Shown in pieces: positions 20,855 to 31,069 of a stretch of 64,000 bases of DNA. The stretch covers positions 173,303 to 237,302 of the IMG/VR virus record IMGVR_UViG_3300045988_115074; one strand, written 5' to 3'. Both the position numbers and the translations under genes were made by a program. The number at the start of each line of letters is the position of its first letter. The first letter of the stretch is position 1. Source of the stretch: a virus. The notes beneath the pieces are model-generated. The model ran no database searches. It saw only the letters and a program-made list of their open reading frames with translations, and was not told the DNA's origin.

Positions 20855-21676
20855 ATGTTAAGTTACGACATGAAAGATTCTAATTTTGTCTATAAAATGT
20901 CAAGATTAGATGGTACAGATAAACAAGGTATCCTACGACCAGATGAAGGTGGTTGGTATACTATCTGTATCGGTGCGTTAGACCACGCATCTAAGAATGT
21001 AAATAAATCAGGTCAAAATGAATACTATTCTTCAGAAGGTGCTGAAAGCTTCTTTGCTCCAGGTACTCTGTTTAATGATAGAATTCAAGGTGGTTTCGTT
21101 AAAGCTGAGTATGGTCATCCTAAACGTGAAGCTGGTATGACTGATATCCAGTTCTTAGAACGAAACATGCAAATTGAAGAAACTAAAGTATGTGCTACTT
21201 TTGGTGCAATTTGGTTGGTACCAGGTTATATCGATCCATTGACTAAAGAGAAATGTGTTGGTATCTTTGCTAAGATTAAACCAAGTGGCCCTTATGGTAA
21301 GTTCTTAGAACAAGACTTGCAAGAAAAAGGTTTCAATGTTTGCTTTAGTATTCGTAGTTTGACTACTCGTAAGAACATGGGTGGTCGCAATGTTAAAGTA
21401 TTACACACTGTAATTACATTTGACTATGTAACTGAACCAGGTATTACTTGTGCTGAAAAACTAATCAGCCCATCCTGTGAATCTGTTAACCATGTTAATT
21501 CTATTGATACTTGTGATGTTGAAGTTACAGCTGAATCTGCTAAACGTGTGGTAGAACGTGCTGAAGCAGGTATGGTATCTGTAGAATCTTCTACTTTGTC
21601 TATTCTATCTGATATCTTTAAAAAATCTTCTGATAAACCAGTTAAACAAACTTTATCTAAATCGTTTAGTTGGTAA
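20855..21676 (+). CDS. prohead core protease, T4 gp21-like
   Basis: GGFVKAEYGHPKRE resembles T4 gp21 ALGELNHPPRA (catalytic His); GFNVCFSIRSLT resembles WIPGVSSRGLGSL (catalytic Ser); the spacing is similar. Recalled from memory, not searched. Confidence 0.6.
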   Translation: MLSYDMKDSNFVYKMSRLDGTDKQGILRPDEGGWYTICIGALDHASKNVNKSGQNEYYSSEGAESFFAPGTLFNDRIQGGFVKAEYGHPKREAGMTDIQFLERNMQIEETKVCATFGAIWLVPGYIDPLTKEKCVGIFAKIKPSGPYGKFLEQDLQEKGFNVCFSIRSLTTRKNMGGRNVKVLHTVITFDYVTEPGITCAEKLISPSCESVNHVNSIDTCDVEVTAESAKRVVERAEAGMVSVESSTLSILSDIFKKSSDKPVKQTLSKSFSW

Positions 21677-21697
21677 TTCTGTAATAAGGAGATTGAA

Positions 21698-22309
21698 ATG
21701 AGAGTCAATCCAAATATTTCAGAAGAACAAAACCTACTTAACCACATTAATGAAATCAATGAGTTTCCTTTAAAGCTCAATGAGATAGAATTTGGTACGC
21801 CACGTTCTAAAGTGAATCTACCTAATAGTTTTACTAGAGACCAGTTTAATGCATCTGAGGAATTTCGTAATAAATTCTTGAAAGAAAAGAATACAGCTGT
21901 TAAAATTACGGCAAAAGATAATAGTGAAAGATGGGAAGGTTCTAGCACCATTCGTTCTTACAGAAGGATTCACGTAGGTGCTCAATGGTTAATCTATAAC
22001 ATTGATGGTGATAACTCAGATGGTTCATTTAGTATTACTACTGATAGTTGGAAGTATAGTACTCCTAAAGTAAAAGAAGTATTTGATGCTATTAGAAGTA
22101 GAGCTAACTTTAGAATGGATTCCTTGAAAGTAACAGTGGTTAAATATAGCCAGAATGGTTATAACTACGATACTGGTAAAATTAGGATTACTGCTAATCC
22201 AGATTCTTTAATCTATATTGGTTACTTTGACATGGATGTCATCTTTAAACCAATATCGTTTTTACCTATTACTTTGGATGGTTTCCATGGGGTTAAACCA
22301 ACTAGATAG
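21698..22309 (+). CDS. hypothetical protein (203 aa)
   Basis: ORF track; AAGGAG SD. Confidence 0.7.
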   Translation: MRVNPNISEEQNLLNHINEINEFPLKLNEIEFGTPRSKVNLPNSFTRDQFNASEEFRNKFLKEKNTAVKITAKDNSERWEGSSTIRSYRRIHVGAQWLIYNIDGDNSDGSFSITTDSWKYSTPKVKEVFDAIRSRANFRMDSLKVTVVKYSQNGYNYDTGKIRITANPDSLIYIGYFDMDVIFKPISFLPITLDGFHGVKPTR

Positions 22310-22348
22310 CAACCAGATATCAACTAGATAATTATATATTACTTAATA

Positions 22349-22380
22349 ATATACTGAAGAGGATATCCTCTTCAGTATAT
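22349..22380. terminator. perfect palindromic hairpin ATATACTGAAGAGGATATCCTCTTCAGTATAT
   Basis: Read directly; intergenic; the arms ATACTGAAGAGG/CCTCTTCAGTAT recur at 23086-23118. Confidence 0.7.
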
Positions 22381-22407
22381 TATTTCTATTATTAAAGGAG
22401 TATCTCT

Positions 22408-23067
22408 ATGGATAAAGATAACGAATATGATGAATACGAAGATATGTTAGGATATAAGAAAGAGTATCTGGTTAAAGCTATTATTGGTGTAGTAGTTAAC
22501 CAAAATGGTTATTATATCTATTCTTTAAATGATAAACTACCTATTAAGAATAAAGCTGACTTACAGTATTTTAGAAAACTAACTGTAGGTCATCCTGTTA
22601 TCATGGGTAGGAAGACATGGGAAACATTAAAAGGCCCATTACCTAATCGAACTAATTACATTATTAGTCGTAAGAATTCAAGAGAGTTTCTTAATGAAGA
22701 CCAAATGGTAGACCCTTCTATTGTCCATATTTATAATATCGATAATAAGAAAAAGTTATTAAGTGATATTGCTGAACTACATGATAGTGATGTTTGGATT
22801 ATCGGTGGTGAGGAAATATATAAAGAATTCATTGATGAGATTGATGAATTTCATTTATGTCGTCAGAAAGAAGTTATTCAAACTACTGATGAAGATAACT
22901 TTAGAAGTTTAAATACAGCAGATACTATTCTAAGATTTAGTCAATCTAGTACTAAAGATATCCCTAATAGTAATGGTGAATTAGAGGATGTTATTTATAT
23001 TAATGATGAATCTGCTTCTATTTATTTCGAGAGATATCAAAAAGAATTAGAGAAAAACTGTAAATAA
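22408..23067 (+). CDS. folA: dihydrofolate reductase
   Basis: ADLQYFRKLTVGHPVIMGRKTWETLKGPLPNRTNYIISR and VWIIGGEEIYKEFI match the DHFR core (E. coli [41 protein letters not shown]). Confidence 0.85.
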   Translation: MDKDNEYDEYEDMLGYKKEYLVKAIIGVVVNQNGYYIYSLNDKLPIKNKADLQYFRKLTVGHPVIMGRKTWETLKGPLPNRTNYIISRKNSREFLNEDQMVDPSIVHIYNIDNKKKLLSDIAELHDSDVWIIGGEEIYKEFIDEIDEFHLCRQKEVIQTTDEDNFRSLNTADTILRFSQSSTKDIPNSNGELEDVIYINDESASIYFERYQKELEKNCK

Positions 23068-23085
23068 GATTAAACATATATTATT

Positions 23086-23118
23086 ATACTGAAGAGGGTT
23101 ATTTATCCTCTTCAGTAT
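23086..23118. terminator. hairpin with the same arms as 22349-22380
   Basis: ATACTGAAGAGG-GTTATTTAT-CCTCTTCAGTAT followed by a T-rich run. Confidence 0.7.
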
Positions 23119-23137
23119 TTATATAAAGGAATTTAAA

Positions 23138-23578
23138 ATGGATAAATATATTATTCCACTTAACATTATTCACATATTAAGTTATCGATTCACCTTAGAT
23201 GAAATTAACGAACTTAATAATTATTTTATTAACAATTTTGATTTAACTTTACATGATGTATTTGTATTCATGTTAGAAGATTTGGATATCTTTAAACTAG
23301 ATAATGAAATCGAACTAATTAGTAACTTTATCGATAATTCATTAAAGGTAACTGATGGTATCGACATTAAGTATAAGGACATTAATGGAAATGAAACATA
23401 TGTAGCAGAGTCTGTTTATCTAGATAATGACTTAGAAGAAAGGATAATGGTTATTGTCGATTGTATTACTACATTTCTCTATTTTGTACCTAGAGATTTT
23501 GATTACTACTTTACAACAGTAGATTTAGATAAACGACATAATCCAAATATGTTGTTTTTAGAAGTACGCGGGGATTGA
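23138..23578 (+). CDS. hypothetical acidic protein (146 aa)
   Basis: ORF track; TATATAAAGGAATTTAAAATG box. Confidence 0.7.
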   Translation: MDKYIIPLNIIHILSYRFTLDEINELNNYFINNFDLTLHDVFVFMLEDLDIFKLDNEIELISNFIDNSLKVTDGIDIKYKDINGNETYVAESVYLDNDLEERIMVIVDCITTFLYFVPRDFDYYFTTVDLDKRHNPNMLFLEVRGD

Positions 23579-23579
23579 A

Positions 23580-24341
23580 ATGTATGTGAATTTTAATGAT
23601 GTCTCTAGATTAGAGATGAGTGTCAATATTCGAGAGATATATAATAGATGTGTTGATGCCATGGGGTATGATGCTATTGATTTGTGTTATAACGATGTTA
23701 TTGATGGGGTATACGATGACAGTAAACAATACTTCCCATTTAATACAGAGACTATTATTGAACATATATTCATGACCATGATAATTGATAAAGGATCATT
23801 GGAAGTATCTCAAATGATTTTAACAGATGAAGTATTAGGTTATTATATTAATAACAATGGTATTTCAACAATAGATTCAATAGCCCAGCAAATGGATGCG
23901 ATGATTAACGATGCAATTGATGACAACGAACTTGTAGACGATGGTGATAAATTAGTAGATAGATTCGGTAATGAGTTAAATGTAGCTATTTCTACTCCTG
24001 TAGAGATTATAGACTTTATTGCTTATTTCTTGTATTTCTTTAATCAATACTTTTACGCGTCATTTACAGAACTATGTGATTACATTATCGATAATGGACA
24101 ACTCTGTATGTCTGTAGTTGTATCTAATGTAGAGACATATACCGATATATTCTATCGACACAGTAATCCTTCTCCTATTCTAGGTAATATTCTGGAGAAT
24201 AATATGTTGTGTAACATCTATTTTGATTTTGATAATGACTCAGTTAAATTACCTGGTTTCAATAACAATGATGTTATTTACGATGGTTCTGTTTCTAATG
24301 AGATTGTGCAATCTGGAGATATTTCGTGGCAAGACATCTGA
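23580..24341 (+). CDS. hypothetical strongly acidic protein (253 aa)
   Basis: ORF track; tightly packed after the previous gene. Confidence 0.7.
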   Translation: MYVNFNDVSRLEMSVNIREIYNRCVDAMGYDAIDLCYNDVIDGVYDDSKQYFPFNTETIIEHIFMTMIIDKGSLEVSQMILTDEVLGYYINNNGISTIDSIAQQMDAMINDAIDDNELVDDGDKLVDRFGNELNVAISTPVEIIDFIAYFLYFFNQYFYASFTELCDYIIDNGQLCMSVVVSNVETYTDIFYRHSNPSPILGNILENNMLCNIYFDFDNDSVKLPGFNNNDVIYDGSVSNEIVQSGDISWQDI

Positions 24342-24814
24342 TTAATATTGAAAGTCTCTATGGGTTTTCTGCTGATGAATTAGGTAAACTAATTTATAAG
24401 AAAGATACCAAAGAAGATATTCAATTTATTCTAGAAGTAGCTATTAGTGGTACTTATATTTTCAATAAAGCTTTAACTATTGAAGATGCTGAATACTTAA
24501 GCGATGTTGCTTATAAGAAGTATTTAGATAGAATCAGTATTCAAGATACAAATGGTTTAGATGAATCTTATCTTTACTCAATGTATAAAGAAAACATACC
24601 TACTACTAATGGCGAACTTTATATTAAAAATTTATTAAGGAACGTATTTGCTGAGATTATCTGCAATGGAATGTTTGATGTAATAGGAACTGTTCTAGTG
24701 GGATTTGAACAAGTCCTTAACTCACAACTGAGTTGGAATAAAACTCGAGTTATCCATTCAGGTATATTTGAGCTTAGTGTTGAGGTGATAGACAATGGAC
24801 AGAAATCTGGTTGA
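24326..24814 (+). CDS. hypothetical protein (162 aa)
   Basis: ORF track; GTG start with GGAG 7 nt upstream; overlaps its neighbours. Confidence 0.6.
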   Translation: MARHLINIESLYGFSADELGKLIYKKDTKEDIQFILEVAISGTYIFNKALTIEDAEYLSDVAYKKYLDRISIQDTNGLDESYLYSMYKENIPTTNGELYIKNLLRNVFAEIICNGMFDVIGTVLVGFEQVLNSQLSWNKTRVIHSGIFELSVEVIDNGQKSG

Positions 24815-25364
24815 GTTTCATTTTGGTGTCCCTGTTGATTTTAGGATAGCTGCTAATTTAATCTTTGGATATGGTAATCTTAAATTTAAACAAACCAATA
24901 TCCCTTCTCTGTATAAATTAAACTTTGATGTAATTGTTAATGATTTCCTTCGTAATCTATTTAATAGTCAAACTAGAATGATGAATCCTACATTTGAGCA
25001 TGATTTAGATAATCCTCATTTAGATGATTTATCTTACGAAATGACTTTATCTAGTTTACAAGCTTGTCTGTTAAATACGCTATATGTAGATGAGCAAACA
25101 ACTTATACTATTTGCAGACATGTCGCTAATGGCTTATTTGAGTTATCTACATGGATATCTAAAGAGATAAATGATTTAAGATTTATCGATGTAAATAATA
25201 ATGCTACTTCAATACCTTATCAAGATTTGATTAAGTTTAATCTATCTGTATCGTATATAAACGATGATGAAATAGTATTATGCGAAAACCCTCCTGGTTA
25301 CGATTGTAATGCAGAATATGGTTTTTACCAAATGGCTGAAATCATTTATAATTTACCTTATTAG
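24795..25364 (+). CDS. hypothetical protein (189 aa)
   Basis: ORF track; GAGGTG SD. Confidence 0.7.
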   Translation: MDRNLVEFHFGVPVDFRIAANLIFGYGNLKFKQTNIPSLYKLNFDVIVNDFLRNLFNSQTRMMNPTFEHDLDNPHLDDLSYEMTLSSLQACLLNTLYVDEQTTYTICRHVANGLFELSTWISKEINDLRFIDVNNNATSIPYQDLIKFNLSVSYINDDEIVLCENPPGYDCNAEYGFYQMAEIIYNLPY

Positions 25365-25370
25365 ATACAT

Positions 25371-25398
25371 ACCACTACTACCAATCGGTAGTAGTGGT
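25371..25398. terminator. bidirectional hairpin between convergent genes
   Basis: ACCACTACTACC-AATC-GGTAGTAGTGGT. Confidence 0.7.
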
Positions 25399-25404
25399 AT
25401 ATTA

Positions 25405-25923
25405 TCAATGTTGTTTATTTTTTTCTGCTTGAGCGGCGGATTCTTTTAATCCATTAACTAGATTATCAGTAGCAGCTGCTTCCATTCGTTTACGCTTATC
25501 TACTGTCTCTCTTATCATCTTTTGTTCGTGATAAGTTAAAGACATCCACTGTTGTAAATTCATGTTAGTAAACTTACCAATATCTAGTAAAATGAATTCT
25601 TCTATTGCTGTTTGTAACAGACTACCTTCACCATGAATATTATAGGCTTTCTTCATGGCTACAGGGTATAATGAGGAATGACATACTTTAACCACATTCT
25701 CTTTATCACTTGTCATTGGTTCTAGATTATAACAAGAATCATGTAACGACATTATCGAAAGTTTTTTCAACACATCGTCTTTAATAGGGTCCGCCTTACC
25801 AGAAGCAATTACAGTATTAAACTCTTCATTGCCTTTGTTATGGCGTATCTCTTCATTACCATAATCTGTACCAGCAGTATCTTCCAGTATATCAGAACGT
25901 TTAACAAACTCAATACCAAACAA
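25405..25923 (-). CDS. hypothetical protein (172 aa); start uncertain
   Basis: ORF track; the start is TTG without a clear SD. Confidence 0.5.
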   Translation of the reverse strand: MFGIEFVKRSDILEDTAGTDYGNEEIRHNKGNEEFNTVIASGKADPIKDDVLKKLSIMSLHDSCYNLEPMTSDKENVVKVCHSSLYPVAMKKAYNIHGEGSLLQTAIEEFILLDIGKFTNMNLQQWMSLTYHEQKMIRETVDKRKRMEAAATDNLVNGLKESAAQAEKNKQH

Positions 25924-25970
25924 CGGGTCTTTGATAGCACCCGTTGCATTCGGTATTACTCGTCTATTGT

Positions 25971-27935
25971 CTAGTTCCCGAGTGACTGATAAATCCGACC
26001 GGTCAGAATAAAAAAAAGCATCACCGGATTGATTGGAACAATAGAGTTACTGAGTTCATGTGTTTCCTCTGTTTCATTTGCTACAGGGACACCATAAACA
26101 ATCTTGGTTTGCTGGTTAATAAACTCAATTACTGCTTCACGGAATTTCTTAATCAAATTAATGTCATTTGCAGAAATGTCAATGAAGTCCATAATGTCTT
26201 TATGGCTAGTAATAGTCGTAACGATGGATTTATCTGGCTCACCATAATCGTTAGTAATAATAATTGATTTAATCAAATGACTATACTCACGCATTGATGT
26301 AGCTGTAATCTTACGAGCTAGATATTCAGAACGAACATTTTCATCTGGAACCATAGCCAATGTTTCATTAATGGCTTCACGCAGATATACATCCCATGCT
26401 GTACCATGTTCAACGTAATTATCTACATTGGTAGGTGCAAAAGTAATCTCTACTTTCTTAGTTACAGGATGGCCATTCTGAACAACAGAACGTTCACTAA
26501 TGATTCGTTTGAATTCTTCTACTTCTTCTTTAGATTTCCAATCTCGTTTATAAGATTCAATCTCTTCTACTGAATGCATAATGTTGTCAGCATTGCCAAG
26601 ATGTTGTTTTTGGCGAATAGACAATTTAGAATTCAGAGGGAATGAAATATCGTTAAGATTGATGGTACCAATTACAGACTCAGTACGGCCTTCTTTACCC
26701 AATACCAGTCGGCTATAAGTATAACCATCTGGATACTTAGTACATGCTAATGCCCATGCAATAGTAGGAATATCCATTGGGTCAATCAGAGTACGAAGTA
26801 ATTCTGGAGTATAGTTTTTCACATTGATTCGTTCAATTTTCTTAATAAACAAATCAACCAATTTATTACCAATAAACCAAGTAGCTGTACCGTAGTTAGA
26901 GCCACCAATAGAACGACCTAGATTAATCTTAGAGGTATCGATTGATGTTTGCAAATCTACTAACTCATGTACCAATGGTGCGGAGATTACTGCTACTAAA
27001 CCTGAGTGTGGTAATACTACTTCGAAGAATGTAGACAAACCTAATGAGTCCATAATCGCAGCACGTGCGCGAATACCAGTAACATTACCAGTTTCCAAAC
27101 GCATCATGGAACGATGTGAAGCTACTTTCTTTTCAGAACCTTCACGAGTATATGCTGTAGAGATTTCTACATCTTTATCGTTAAGCGTTTTGTTTACAAA
27201 CTCTTCTTCACCAGAAATCAGTTCCATACCAGTAGTGAGCTGGTAAAGTTTAGTAGAACCAAAATCACCTTCTACTGAGTGTGGATTTTCTGTAACATAT
27301 CGTAGAATATTTTCTCGAGAATCTGGTGGGATAGAGATAGAATCATTAAATTTCTCTAAATCTTCACGTTTCTTAAAGTCCACTACTTTTTCATCACCAT
27401 TAGCTAAGCTACGATTAGCGATAGCTGTAGGAATTGGTTTAGAAGCAGGTTTCTTTTCTTCATTCAGTGAGCTACTAGGTACCCAGTGTTTAACACCTGA
27501 TTTATCAATCGCACCTACACGTGATTGAACATTGTGAAGAATCTTAGCAGCAGATTGTTTTTTATCTTCTGTTGGTTTTGGTTCTTCTTTAGGTGCTTCA
27601 AAATCAATCTTAGCAATTTCTGGTGTATCTGCTTTCAATGATTCAAACAAAGAAGGATCCATAATTCGTGATTCTTCAACTACAGTTTCTTTTTTCGGTT
27701 GGTTCTCTGACAACTCACCATTTTGAATCATTTCTTCAATAGTCATTGAATCGACATGTTCAGTACTATCGTCACGATGAGCATATTCAGCAAGATTACC
27801 TACTTTATCAATGTCAATTGTATCGTGCATTGAATCAACATTTTCAGTATTACTACGTTGTGCGTGTTCAGTAGTATTACCTACTTTTTCAATATCGATA
27901 GTATCGTGTAATTTAACTTCGTTTTGGTCGCTCAT
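25971..27935 (-). CDS. hypothetical protein (654 aa) with an N-terminal tandem 28-aa repeat
   Basis: ORF track; its ATG directly abuts the stop of the upstream gene (TAAATG). Confidence 0.75.
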   Translation of the reverse strand: MSDQNEVKLHDTIDIEKVGNTTEHAQRSNTENVDSMHDTIDIDKVGNLAEYAHRDDSTEHVDSMTIEEMIQNGELSENQPKKETVVEESRIMDPSLFESLKADTPEIAKIDFEAPKEEPKPTEDKKQSAAKILHNVQSRVGAIDKSGVKHWVPSSSLNEEKKPASKPIPTAIANRSLANGDEKVVDFKKREDLEKFNDSISIPPDSRENILRYVTENPHSVEGDFGSTKLYQLTTGMELISGEEEFVNKTLNDKDVEISTAYTREGSEKKVASHRSMMRLETGNVTGIRARAAIMDSLGLSTFFEVVLPHSGLVAVISAPLVHELVDLQTSIDTSKINLGRSIGGSNYGTATWFIGNKLVDLFIKKIERINVKNYTPELLRTLIDPMDIPTIAWALACTKYPDGYTYSRLVLGKEGRTESVIGTINLNDISFPLNSKLSIRQKQHLGNADNIMHSVEEIESYKRDWKSKEEVEEFKRIISERSVVQNGHPVTKKVEITFAPTNVDNYVEHGTAWDVYLREAINETLAMVPDENVRSEYLARKITATSMREYSHLIKSIIITNDYGEPDKSIVTTITSHKDIMDFIDISANDINLIKKFREAVIEFINQQTKIVYGVPVANETEETHELSNSIVPINPVMLFFILTGRIYQSLGN

Positions 27936-28712
27936 TTAGTTTCCTTCTTTAACAGGTGCTGGATTAGCAGCATTTAAATTAGGGTTTGTATATTTATACA
28001 ATTCTTCAGAGATAAATTTCTTAATATCTTCTGGAGCTTCTTCTGGGTGTTGGTGGTAATAGTTAATTACCATGGTAGTATAGAAGTCGCTAATGTGTTG
28101 TACTTCAGACAACAATGTATTACGAATACGGTTTGCACACACTACATAGCGTAGTTTGATATCTGTAATCAATTCCAAGAAGTAAGCATCTTCTTGATCT
28201 ACTTCTTTCTTAACAGTATTGTCTGCATTCAAGTATTTAGAATAAAGCTTACGAATAGAGTTAAGCTCACGTTCCATGTCAGACATGTCAGATATGGTCA
28301 TATTCGCCAATAGCTTGAATTTATCACGCTCTGGAAGGTAAGGTAACATCTTTTCCTTATCCTCTGCGCCAAAGGCCTCTAGGGCGCGTTTAGGGGCAAG
28401 GATTTGCTCATTCAGATGCTTATGGATTTCCACACAAGATTCAAATGTGGTATCTACCAAAGTAGAGTATTCTTCTTGAGTCATCATGCCTTTTAAATCT
28501 TCAGGCATTTTGCGAACACGTTCAATTGGTTTTAATTCACCATCACGTGCTTTAACATAAGGTTTCTTAGGGTTAAGCAATAATACTTTTTCACGGAAGT
28601 GTTTATCATTTGTTTTCAAACGCAAACGACCACTACTATATTTATCACCATTAAATGTAGTTTTGATTTGTTGGCCATTTTTTAAATTGAAAGGGAGGAT
28701 TACATCAGTCAT
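27936..28712 (-). CDS. hypothetical protein (258 aa)
   Basis: ORF track; ATAAGGAAATCAAAAATG box. Confidence 0.75.
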   Translation of the reverse strand: MTDVILPFNLKNGQQIKTTFNGDKYSSGRLRLKTNDKHFREKVLLLNPKKPYVKARDGELKPIERVRKMPEDLKGMMTQEEYSTLVDTTFESCVEIHKHLNEQILAPKRALEAFGAEDKEKMLPYLPERDKFKLLANMTISDMSDMERELNSIRKLYSKYLNADNTVKKEVDQEDAYFLELITDIKLRYVVCANRIRNTLLSEVQHISDFYTTMVINYYHQHPEEAPEDIKKFISEELYKYTNPNLNAANPAPVKEGN

Positions 28713-28858
28713 TTTTGATTTCCTTATTTAAATGAATCTAGTAAATCGATTAATGTATATTTATTAACATTCTTCGATTTATGTTATGAATTTAAAGATT
28801 ATCACATATGTAGCTAGTCTTTAACTATTTACTAACTTTATTATAAGGTAGATTTATA

Positions 28859-29698
28859 ATGGGTAATTTAATGTTAAATTACATTACCAGTACATGGGAA
28901 AAAGAAGATGTTGCCCTATATACTGATATAATGGAACTCGTAACAGGTGTACGAGATGATTATGGTGATAACATAGATTATATCATCCAAAACTGTAATG
29001 ACGATGTTACAATGAGTCAGTTAGATGACTTAATCAAAAGCTCTGTTCAAGGAATGTTAATTGAACTATTAGGAGAAATTGGTTTCTTTGTTTCTGATGA
29101 TTATTATTTAGATAACGAGATACTGTATAAGATTTATAAAGAAGCTATCTATATTGAAGCCAATGAGCAATTAGATTTCTCACTCTCTATTTTAGAGTCA
29201 GATAGAGATATTATTGTTACATTCTACGAATTACTAAATGTTGTTGGTTCTTTAGATATTGATGAATCAGACTTCAATAACCATATTGTTAAAATATTAC
29301 CAATGACTAAAGAGAAATTAGTTAACTATTTGCGTTCTAAAAAAGAAACTCAACCAGAAGAGCCTAAAGACTTAACTAAGATAGCTTTGCGTGTTAAAGA
29401 GTTTTGTAAAGCTGTTAACGATGAATCGTTTATGGTTATTGATTTAATTAGAAATGGTGTTAACTTAGGTTTACCATTTCGTAGTTATTTAAATATCTAT
29501 TCTACTGCTCTATTTGATTTAGATTTAAAAGAACAGTGTTATAACTTATACTTATTCGCACTGATTAGTGAAGATGGTACAGACGAGCCTGCTGAATGTG
29601 TAGAAGATAATATCGGCGATTATGTATTTGATTTCGGTGTTGTTGATTCTATCTTAAGAGCAGTACGTGAAATTCAAGTAAAAACAAGGACTATTTAA
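28859..29698 (+). CDS. hypothetical acidic protein (279 aa)
   Basis: ORF track; ends 2 nt before the beta' C fragment gene. Confidence 0.7.
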   Translation: MGNLMLNYITSTWEKEDVALYTDIMELVTGVRDDYGDNIDYIIQNCNDDVTMSQLDDLIKSSVQGMLIELLGEIGFFVSDDYYLDNEILYKIYKEAIYIEANEQLDFSLSILESDRDIIVTFYELLNVVGSLDIDESDFNNHIVKILPMTKEKLVNYLRSKKETQPEEPKDLTKIALRVKEFCKAVNDESFMVIDLIRNGVNLGLPFRSYLNIYSTALFDLDLKEQCYNLYLFALISEDGTDEPAECVEDNIGDYVFDFGVVDSILRAVREIQVKTRTI

Positions 29699-29700
29699 AA

Positions 29701-30999
29701 ATGAAAGAAATGAATAAATATAGTTATTTCATCATGGGTTTGAAAAACAGATGGTTCTTAGATTCATATTGGATTAAAAGCTGTTTCTCTGTATTTAAAA
29801 CCAAAGATACCACACCTTATTTGGTTAAGACAAATAGTAATGGTTTTTACTTTATACAAGATGGTGAAGAAGTACTGATTACAGGTACTAAAGATATCAC
29901 TAAACCATTACTTAGAGTAGGTGAAATGATTACTGTACCAATGGGTACGTTCCCTGGTCAAAAAGAAGAGATTAAGACTTCTTGTGGTGTTCTATTTCAA
30001 AACTACTTAATGGTTATTGACCCATTTAATGGTAAAGTACCCTTTATTAATAAACGTTTCTTCCCTAGTGATGTAGAGAAGTATTTCTTACACAAATGGG
30101 AGCGTTCACGTGATGATATTAGTGAAGATAAACCAGAAAAACCAGATGAAGTATTTACTGAAGAGTTTTTAAAATATACAGAAAATACTCTACACTTAGT
30201 AAACTATACTCAAACCTTTGTTCCTTCTATTACCGAGAGGTCTTTAACGACTAATCCGCTATTAGAGAAACGTAGAAAAGAACTCTATGCTGAATATGGT
30301 GATAGATTAAACGACCCTGTTATTGCTGCTAAGGTAGATGCTGAATTAGTAGCTATCGATAAGGAATTCATGAAAGGTGATGATTCCATGGGTTTCTTAA
30401 TCAGTGGTAAAGCATTTAACAATACTCGTAAACGTTTGAATAATAACTTTGGTACACCATCTACTCTGGACGATAAACCAGGTCAATTCATTACACGTAG
30501 TTTAAAAGAAGGTGTGGATTATAAGAATCTATCTGTCTATGTAAATGACGCGTATAATGGTTCTATTGGTCGTGGTCTAGAAACACAAGAAGGTGGTGTA
30601 TTGGTTAAAGACGCATTGCGTTCTGCTGCTAACTTAAAAGTAGAAGGTGATGACTGTGGTAGTACACATGGTGTATTATATAAGATGCCAGATGATGTAG
30701 ATAAGTGTCTTAAATATATTGGTTACTGGTATATTGTTAAAGGTACTTCCCACAAGATTACTAATGAGAATATTAAAGACTTAGCAGGTAAATACTTATT
30801 GTTTAGAGCACCTAGTATGTGTACTTCTAAGAATAATAGTTACTGTAGAAAATGTGTAGGTCCTAATATTTCAAATTATGAAAATGGTATTGCTACAGTT
30901 AACTCTAGCTTAGGTAGTGTCATTATGGGTCTATCCATGGCCGTAATGCACAATAAAACCGTATCCACCAATAGGTGGAGGAATTCTTTATTATCTTAA
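29701..30999 (+). CDS. RNA polymerase beta'-like subunit, C-terminal fragment (bridge helix to trigger loop)
   Basis: [60 protein letters not shown] aligns with [82 protein letters not shown] aligns with GVCAHCYGRD..GTQLTMRTFH. Confidence 0.85.
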   Translation: [432 protein letters not shown]

Positions 31000-31069
31000 T
31001 GTATTTTAGAATAGCTTTAGAACATACCCGTATATGAAATATTTATTAGTTTAAGAAGGATAACTAGAA

